Both the position numbers and the translations under genes were made by a program. DNA of 51,376 bases from Spirochaetota bacterium (GTDB lineage: Bacteria; Spirochaetota; UBA4802; JAGODF01), in the NCBI GenBank assembly GCA_035380905.1, contig DAOSYC010000003.1:2668-54043 (forward strand), read 5' to 3'. How positions within the stretch are numbered: the stretch's first letter is position 1; every line of letters starts with the position of its first letter. The notes under the pieces were generated by a model, which worked only from the letters and a program-made list of their open reading frames with translations, made no database searches and was not told the DNA's origin. This document shows, one piece after another, positions 45,250 to 51,376 of the stretch.

Positions 45250-45296
45250 CGGGTATTTTAAACGGATGATGTCCCTTTTAAAATACCCGGATTTTT
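45250..45296 (+). terminator. hairpin terminator after the small CXXCH gene
   Basis: 13-bp perfect stem CGGGTATTTTAAA / TTTAAAATACCCG with a 14-nt loop, followed by GATTTTT. It begins 8 nt after the stop at 45242. Confidence 0.6.
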
Positions 45297-45314
45297 CCTT
45301 TCACAATACATGTA

Positions 45315-46511
45315 CTACATATCTTTAAAAATCACCGCCACCTGAAGCCCTCCGTACATGAAAGGGATTTTCCTGTCATATCGCAGAGCAAGGTGTTTTT
45401 CATATTCAATTCCCGGAACAATAACAGCATACCCTGATCGCGGATACAGGGTGCGTATGGTTTCCCCGATTTTTTTATAAAGGAGCGGCTGCGCGTGTGT
45501 GCCGGTTATCCTTTTTCCGTAAGGAGGATTCAGGACAATGAGGCTCCTGCTGTTGTCAGGAAGATTGATTGGACCGGAAAAAAAATCGCGTTGTTCAGGC
45601 TGTATTATATCTGAGAGATTGCCTGCCTGAAGGTTTCTGGTGATTATATCTACCGCGTGACCGGAGTAGTCACTGCAGTAAATTTTCAGGGGGGCGATAT
45701 TATGTGCGGCACTGTTCAGAAGCTGTTTTTTTATATAACTGAAAGTATCCGGCCTGAAGGAGGGCCATGTTTCAAAGATAAAATGACGGTGTATCCCTGG
45801 GAGGATATTCCGCCGCATCATTGCCGCTTCAATTGAGAAGATGCCGGAACCAGCCATGGGGTCAATGAGTGTATCGTAGTTGCCGATGCGGGCTTCCATG
45901 AGTATAAGGGCGCAGAGTGTTTCCCGGAGAGGGGCATCAGAGACGAAGGGGCGGTATCCCCGTTTATACAGAGGTTCCCCGCTTGCGTCAAGACTGATAT
46001 GGCACAGGTCGTTATCGAACCGGATAAAAAGCTTCTGGGTTTCCGGCGTTTCCGTGTCTGACGGGGAATGGCGTGCTGTAATTCCAAATTCTCCAAGGCG
46101 CGCAGTGACCGCAGCCGCTATTTCCTGCTCAATACGGCCTGTATGGTACAGCCTTGAATGGCGGCAGGATATTTTGCACGAGAACTGAATGCCCTCACTC
46201 AGATATAGCTCCCATGGGATGGCGGAGGTTTTTTTTCTCAGAACAGTGAAGTTGGTAGCCTTGAAACGGGAGACCCGCATGAGGACCCTCGTTATGGTAC
46301 GGGCGCGAAGGTGCAGCGTGTAGCAGCCGGTGAGACGGGACGTGAATTCTATGCCTCCGGTGGTTGTTTCAAGTATTGAGGAAATACCGGAGTCTATGAG
46401 ATCATGTTCCGCGGTTTTTTCGAAGCCGGGCTGGGTTATTGCAAAAAAGGTATGCTCCTTTGCAATAATATGCTGTTTTATTCTTCGGGAAACGCCGCTG
46501 TCTGAAGTCAT
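45315..46511 (-). CDS. THUMP-domain class I SAM-dependent RNA methyltransferase (RlmL N-terminal / YpsC-like)
   Basis: N-terminal THUMP-like region. Motif I DPMAGSGIFSIEAA and motif IV LNPPYGKR. Confidence 0.8.
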   Translation of the reverse strand: MTSDSGVSRRIKQHIIAKEHTFFAITQPGFEKTAEHDLIDSGISSILETTTGGIEFTSRLTGCYTLHLRARTITRVLMRVSRFKATNFTVLRKKTSAIPWELYLSEGIQFSCKISCRHSRLYHTGRIEQEIAAAVTARLGEFGITARHSPSDTETPETQKLFIRFDNDLCHISLDASGEPLYKRGYRPFVSDAPLRETLCALILMEARIGNYDTLIDPMAGSGIFSIEAAMMRRNILPGIHRHFIFETWPSFRPDTFSYIKKQLLNSAAHNIAPLKIYCSDYSGHAVDIITRNLQAGNLSDIIQPEQRDFFSGPINLPDNSRSLIVLNPPYGKRITGTHAQPLLYKKIGETIRTLYPRSGYAVIVPGIEYEKHLALRYDRKIPFMYGGLQVAVIFKDM

Positions 46512-46538
46512 GGTGCCTGCTGTACAATGTAATACACA

Positions 46539-47693
46539 CTATTTCCTTTTAAGGACCGCCAGTGTTTCAATATGCGGTGTTTGCGGAAACATGTCAAATG
46601 CTTCGAAAGAAGTCATTGCATAATTGTCAAGTTCCTGCAGGTCGTTTTTAAAGGATGATGGATTGCAGGAAATATAGATAATAGTTTCCGGCCCGAGATT
46701 TTTGAGATGCTGCATTACTTTCGGATGTGTCCCCGCACGGGGAGGGTCAAGGATGACCGCATCATACTGTTCTGTGCAGTTTTTCAGGTAGTCGCGTGCG
46801 TCGAAGCAGTGAAACTCAACATTCGTTATACCGTTGAGCTCCATATTGATGCGGGCGTTATCAACCGCCTCCTCAACAAGCTCTATCCCGGTAACGTGGG
46901 CGGCTTTTCCCGCGACGAACAGTGAGATGCTCCCCACTCCGGAGTACAGGTCCAGTACCTTTTCTCCCTGCAGCTCATCCCTCACCCTCCGGTACATGGC
47001 GAGGGCAATTTCAGAATTTGACTGGAAAAATGAGTTCGGTGTAATCCTGAACCGGATACCGTCAAAGGATTCCTCGATATGTCCTCCCTTGATTATTTCA
47101 TGTACCTCACCGAAGCTCATGTCCGCAAGACCGTCATTAAACAGAATTGATATTGAATCCACGTCGTCTTGAATCGTTTCAATCGCCGGAAGGAGGCGCT
47201 GTTCATATTCATGGTGCGCGATGACAAAATTTACCATTGTCGTACCGGTAAATTTTCCCTGCCTGAGTACGGCGTATCTGAGAAACCCGCTGTGATTCAG
47301 GTAATTATACCCCTCTATTTCGAGAAGCGCCGGCCTTAGTTTTTTAAACAGTATATTCGATTTCTCCTGCATGATTTCACAGGTTTCCAGGTCAACAACA
47401 TGGCGGTAGCTCCCTGATCTCCGGAGGCCGGCTTTGCCGAATGCGGTCACAAAATCCATACGGTTCCGGTAGCAGAAAGGTTGTGACGGTACAATGGATT
47501 CAAGTGTGCACAGGCCGTTGAATATGGATTGCAGGTAGTCCAGTTTGATACAAAGCTGGGCATCATATTCATAATCCTGAAAGAGGCACCCGCCGCAGGT
47601 ACCGAAATGCGGACACCGGGGAGATGTTTTCCTGTCATTATATTGTTCAGCAAATGATAAAAATTTTAATTTTTTCTTTTTCGCACTTCCCAT
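46539..47693 (-). CDS. RNA (uracil-5-)-methyltransferase, RumA/RumB/TrmA family
   Basis: Fe-S Cys cluster CPHFGTCGGCLFQ. Motif I VLDLYSGVGSISL. DPPRAG and the nucleophile motif YISCNP. No N-terminal TRAM domain. Confidence 0.85.
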   Translation of the reverse strand: MGSAKKKKLKFLSFAEQYNDRKTSPRCPHFGTCGGCLFQDYEYDAQLCIKLDYLQSIFNGLCTLESIVPSQPFCYRNRMDFVTAFGKAGLRRSGSYRHVVDLETCEIMQEKSNILFKKLRPALLEIEGYNYLNHSGFLRYAVLRQGKFTGTTMVNFVIAHHEYEQRLLPAIETIQDDVDSISILFNDGLADMSFGEVHEIIKGGHIEESFDGIRFRITPNSFFQSNSEIALAMYRRVRDELQGEKVLDLYSGVGSISLFVAGKAAHVTGIELVEEAVDNARINMELNGITNVEFHCFDARDYLKNCTEQYDAVILDPPRAGTHPKVMQHLKNLGPETIIYISCNPSSFKNDLQELDNYAMTSFEAFDMFPQTPHIETLAVLKRK

Positions 47694-47819
47694 ATTTGTT
47701 TTTATTCTCCAGTCAAAGTAAAGTGGATACGTTACCGGTGTGGCGGTTATGATGCAAGAAATTATAGTACTACAGAAAAAAATATAATATCATTCCCGCT
47801 GAGCATACTATTAAAATAC

Positions 47820-47848
47820 TTGTCAAAACCGCATTGCTGCTCTATATT
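47820..47848 (+). promoter_or_regulatory. sigma70-like promoter TTGTCA-N17-TATATT upstream of the cNMP-binding gene
   Basis: TTGTCA at 47820-47825 and TATATT at 47843-47848, about 85 nt upstream of the ATG at 47932. Confidence 0.4.
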
Positions 47849-47931
47849 CAGCAACAAAATACCGGCAGCGGAGAACATTGTATTCATCACTGTAGTTCTC
47901 TCAGTTCGGAAAAAAGAAATGGTGATCCTTT

Positions 47932-48327
47932 ATGTCGAAGAAAATACTTCATTATCAGAATGGGGAACGGATAATACAGGCGGGAAAAATTGAAAAACGG
48001 ATGTATATCATTCTTGAAGGTGCGGTGAGCATTACACTTTCAGACGGCAGCAACAGCGTCGAAGTGGCGGAAATGAAAAAGGGTGATTTTTTCGGTGAAA
48101 TATCACTCTTTAACAATACACCGAGAAGCGCGACAGTAACGGCCCTGGGAAATGTAAAACTTGCATATCTCGATAATCTTGATGATTTGAAGGCTTTTTT
48201 GCTCAGGAACCCCGCTTTTGCGGCGAAAATGGTCCATATACTGGCGCAACGGCTCGCAAAAACCGATGAGATACTCATCGGGAAAATCAGCGAAATGAGC
48301 AGGCTGAAAATCATGAGGGACGTCTGA
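47932..48327 (+). CDS. stand-alone cyclic nucleotide-binding domain protein
   Basis: Canonical cNMP-binding cassette GDFFGEISLFNNTPRSATVTA. 131 aa with no output domain. Confidence 0.8.
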   Translation: MSKKILHYQNGERIIQAGKIEKRMYIILEGAVSITLSDGSNSVEVAEMKKGDFFGEISLFNNTPRSATVTALGNVKLAYLDNLDDLKAFLLRNPAFAAKMVHILAQRLAKTDEILIGKISEMSRLKIMRDV

Positions 48328-48533
48328 ACGCAGGGGATATCGGTATCGCCTCAGATGTACTTCGGTAGCCAGTTTTATATGTAATTATACCTGCACAATT
48401 AATTGAAAAACAGCAAATTTTTGCCATACTGTGATCAGGTTCATTTATATTTGTTCCTGTTTTCCGTAAAATTACCCCTATGGTAATAATGCGGGGAAGC
48501 GGGTTGATATGATTCTGCTCCAGGAGAAATGTC

Positions 48534-48902
48534 ATGGCGGAAAAGAAAAAGGTCCTTATAATTGATGATGATGCGGATTTTATTGCAGCGACACGGCAGG
48601 TAATTGAGTCGAAAAATTTTTCTGTGGTCACCGCGTATAGCGGTGATGAAGGCCTTGAAAAATATAATTCGGAGAAACCTGACTTCGTATTATGCGATAT
48701 GATGATAGAGGGGACGGAAACCGGAGTGCGGGTCGGCACGGAAATAAGAAAGAATGACCGTGAAACACCTGTGTATCTTGTGAGCACAATGGGTGATTCA
48801 ATATCACGGTACCGGAAACTTGACCTTCTCGGGTTTAACGGAGTGCTTCAGAAACCCATTGATCCCGACCTGCTTATTGAAACAATAGCTTCTGTGGTAT
48901 AG
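48534..48902 (+). CDS. single-domain (CheY-like) response regulator
   Basis: LIIDDD, acceptor Asp in FVLCDMMIEG, LVST and QKP. AGGAGA RBS. Confidence 0.85.
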   Translation: MAEKKKVLIIDDDADFIAATRQVIESKNFSVVTAYSGDEGLEKYNSEKPDFVLCDMMIEGTETGVRVGTEIRKNDRETPVYLVSTMGDSISRYRKLDLLGFNGVLQKPIDPDLLIETIASVV

Positions 48903-48924
48903 GAGTGTGTGATTCCGGAATATT

Positions 48925-49422
48925 TTATTTTCGCATTGTTCCGGTGAACGTAAAAACTACTGTTCCTTCGGGGCCGCCTTCCTCAACCGGTGATGTTGTA
49001 CCGTAAAGGGTCAGCCCCATACTTTTATTACGGCTGTATTCAGCGGTGCCGTTGTAAAACGCAACAGCGGTTTCCCCGATTCTGCCGCCCATGTCAAGAA
49101 TGCATGTGTTCGTATGGGCTCCTGGCACAATGGCGGCATGATGTGATTCCCTGTCCGGCTCCATGAATATTCTGCAACGGGAAAATGTTATAGTCTGTGT
49201 CCCGTTGTCATTGGTTGTAACTGTAATATCCAGAGGGCCACTGTTCTTCTGTGAAAGTTCAGGTTTGTTCCTGTGAACAAATGAACGCATTGCTGAAAAG
49301 TGAAGGTTATACGTTCCGGTATATGGCGGTTTTTCTGCAGCGTTTGTGCAGGCATGAGCAGTGAAGCTGAGAGCGGATAATGCAAGTATAATAATTACAT
49401 GACGGGCTTGATAAAACTTCAT
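48925..49422 (-). CDS. hypothetical lipoprotein
   Basis: The track ORF extends to 49446, but GAGGAA lies 3 nt upstream of the ATG at 49422 (MKFYQARHVIIILALSALSFTAHAC, signal plus Cys). Beta-rich mature part. Confidence 0.5.
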   Translation of the reverse strand: MKFYQARHVIIILALSALSFTAHACTNAAEKPPYTGTYNLHFSAMRSFVHRNKPELSQKNSGPLDITVTTNDNGTQTITFSRCRIFMEPDRESHHAAIVPGAHTNTCILDMGGRIGETAVAFYNGTAEYSRNKSMGLTLYGTTSPVEEGGPEGTVVFTFTGTMRK

Positions 49423-49496
49423 GGGTTCCTCATATATACAGTACAATCTTTCGGGAGAGATATTATTGCATATATGAATGAATTATGTAAAGCAGT

Positions 49497-50093
49497 TTAA
49501 TAGTATCGCGACCTGTTGCAGATGTCCTCGTAATACTTTCTGCCGAGTGTTGCTTCGTCTATTGCAAGAATATATCGTGACCGATTAATCTTTTTATTGA
49601 TTTTTTCAACAATTTCATCATCGCGGATGAGCAGTTTGAAGTGCGGCTGGTGCCGGTTCCGGTCGGTAAATTCTTTTAAATTAATAAAAAGGCCATTAAA
49701 AAAAACAGCAATATTCTCCCGTGGTTTTTCCTCCTCCCCGTCAGCAAACTCTTTCATGTCAAGGACTGATACTGTGTTCAGTTCAACCTCTTCATCAAGG
49801 CTCAGGGCCCTGTCGAAAATATCACTGTCCCCTGTGTTGTAATACTGTTCAATGAGGAGGCGGGCTATTAATGATTTAATCTCCCTGTATGCCCTTTGCG
49901 ATAGTGCGGCTGCTTCGCTTTTCGTGATTATTCCTTCAATGTAAATTCTGGCGATTTCCCGTAACGCTCTATTATAATAATCCCATAGTTTGGATATTTT
50001 CATTGCATAAATGAATACGATTTCTCTTTTTTCAACTTCTGATATGTCAGTGTTTTCTTCTATTCTCGTAAAAAGTTTTTCATGTGCGCTCAT
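49497..50093 (-). CDS. hypothetical protein
   Basis: 198-aa charged helical ORF on the same strand as the preceding lipoprotein gene. I recognise no family. Confidence 0.45.
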   Translation of the reverse strand: MSAHEKLFTRIEENTDISEVEKREIVFIYAMKISKLWDYYNRALREIARIYIEGIITKSEAAALSQRAYREIKSLIARLLIEQYYNTGDSDIFDRALSLDEEVELNTVSVLDMKEFADGEEEKPRENIAVFFNGLFINLKEFTDRNRHQPHFKLLIRDDEIVEKINKKINRSRYILAIDEATLGRKYYEDICNRSRYY

Positions 50094-50353
50094 AACTTTT
50101 TCCTTAAATAAAAATTAACAATTCTATATTATTATACAGAAGGAATTCATGCTTTTCCAGAAAAAGGGTGATTAAAAGACAAAAAAGTGGACATTATTTT
50201 AAAATTGTTTTTCGGGATGGTAAAATAGCAACACGATTAACCTTGAGGAAGGATAGCCGGTTGTCTGTAATAACGAATAGTGATTTTTGTAAAGATGTGT
50301 TTAGTTATTGACATCTTTTGTCGTGTCGTAAGAATTATTTTTACACGATGTAG

Positions 50354-51370
50354 ATGTGCAGTATAAAACAGCATTGTTTAAGGATTATTACCTGTCCGGA
50401 TGCAATGATCGAGGATAGCATGACTGATACAGGGATTCAGGATTTGAAAATAAAGGAAATTGCAGAGGGGGTACTCCTTGTCCATCAGGAAGATCCTCCT
50501 GCCCAGTTCAGCTGTTGTGACGGGCTCCTGGTGCTGCCGAAGCCCGGAAGGAACAAACATACAGTGGCCCTTGATGTAAATATTGAGCCGAAATATGTTG
50601 CGCAGCTTGTGGAACAGTATGGCCCGGTAAAGGATTATGTATGCACCCACGGCCACATGGACCATATAGCCCATGTTCACGCATGGGAAGAGGCCGGCGC
50701 CACAATTCATGCCCCAAGGCCGGAGCATGAGTATCTTACAAATCTGAATAAATTTTACAGAGGATTCGGTTTTAATGACGGGGTGGATTTTACTGTCGTG
50801 CAGCAGTTCGGCATCATGAACGGATATCAGCCCTGTAAGGAGGTAACACCATACAGGCCGGGTCATATTTTTAAATTTAATAATCTTCTTGTGGGGACAA
50901 TACCGCTGAAGGGTCATTCCAAAGGTCATGTGGGACTTCTTCTTATGAATGAGAGGGTCTTTCATATCAGTTGTCTGGGATTTGATGTCGTTGAAAAGGG
51001 TGGAGACGGATTCGGGCCCTGGTATGGTTTCAGGGAGTGCTCCCTGAAACAGTATCAGAAGGATATCGATTTCGCGAAAATGATTTTCCTGGACAGGGCA
51101 AAAATTCTCACATCGAGTCATTCACATGTTGTTGAGCATCCCGATGATTTTCCTTTTTCCTACATGAACAGAAAAATCGATCAGAACCAGCAGAAAATTG
51201 ACGCCGCACTGGGAAGTCTTCGTGATGTTCCCGGATCTGATGAACGGAAAATTATGGAGCTGCTCAAAATGGATGTACTGTTCCCGAAGCAGAAAATGAT
51301 CGGTTTTCTACAGGAGATCTATACCCTCTGGGAGTACTGGATGCTGCGGCATCATTTGAAAAAGGAATAG
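50354..51370 (+). CDS. metallo-beta-lactamase fold hydrolase
   Basis: HxHxDH motif CTHGHMDHIAH with downstream His (GHSKGH). The likely true start is the ATG at 50420, preceded by GAGGA. Confidence 0.75.
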   Translation: MCSIKQHCLRIITCPDAMIEDSMTDTGIQDLKIKEIAEGVLLVHQEDPPAQFSCCDGLLVLPKPGRNKHTVALDVNIEPKYVAQLVEQYGPVKDYVCTHGHMDHIAHVHAWEEAGATIHAPRPEHEYLTNLNKFYRGFGFNDGVDFTVVQQFGIMNGYQPCKEVTPYRPGHIFKFNNLLVGTIPLKGHSKGHVGLLLMNERVFHISCLGFDVVEKGGDGFGPWYGFRECSLKQYQKDIDFAKMIFLDRAKILTSSHSHVVEHPDDFPFSYMNRKIDQNQQKIDAALGSLRDVPGSDERKIMELLKMDVLFPKQKMIGFLQEIYTLWEYWMLRHHLKKE

Positions 51371-51376
51371 GGCGTA

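Noticed and set aside
1-51376. CRISPR arrays, IS elements/transposases, integrases, prophage genes, reverse transcriptases, toxin-antitoxin pairs, and rRNA, tRNA, tmRNA, RNase P or SRP RNA genes.
   Set aside because: Scanning by eye found no spaced direct repeats, no recognisable mobile-element or defence proteins in the ORF track, and no matches to the conserved RNA cores I can recall. An Infernal, tRNAscan or CRISPR-finder run would be needed to exclude them formally.

Overview
This window reads as core chromosome from a Treponema-like spirochaete, inferred from gene content only. About 48 protein-coding genes are supportable. I found no rRNA, tRNA, CRISPR array, transposase, integrase or phage genes by eye. 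Confident calls are ppdK, dnaE, panC, an archaeal-type cofactor-independent phosphoglycerate mutase, moaD/moaE, mntP, an SRAP (YedK-like) peptidase, a short sigma-70 factor, an Mla-like transporter, comEC, two RNA methyltransferases, an HD-GYP phosphodiesterase and a FlaA-family protein. The best candidate for something undescribed is the block 11988-17509. It holds a 648-aa protein I take to be cytoplasmic filament protein CfpA, flanked by three poorly characterised same-strand genes, one of them a VWA-TM-beta-sandwich membrane protein, directly upstream of ppdK. From memory this matches the T. pallidum TP0750-TP0746 order, and no accessory factors of the filament ribbon are defined as far as I know. 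Secondary leads: (1) a receiver with Glu at the acceptor position fused to a SpoIIAB/RsbW-like kinase, translationally coupled to a secreted unknown next to a Cys4-PAS HD-GYP protein; (2) an MlaF-like ATPase with every catalytic motif degenerate; (3) a perfect inverted repeat over the -10 of an SRAP-mntP operon; (4) a small secreted CXXCH/CX4CH protein; (5) an orphan moaDE pair beside a HEPN-like gene. All family assignments come from motif recognition by eye, not database searches. Start codons follow the supplied ORF track unless noted.
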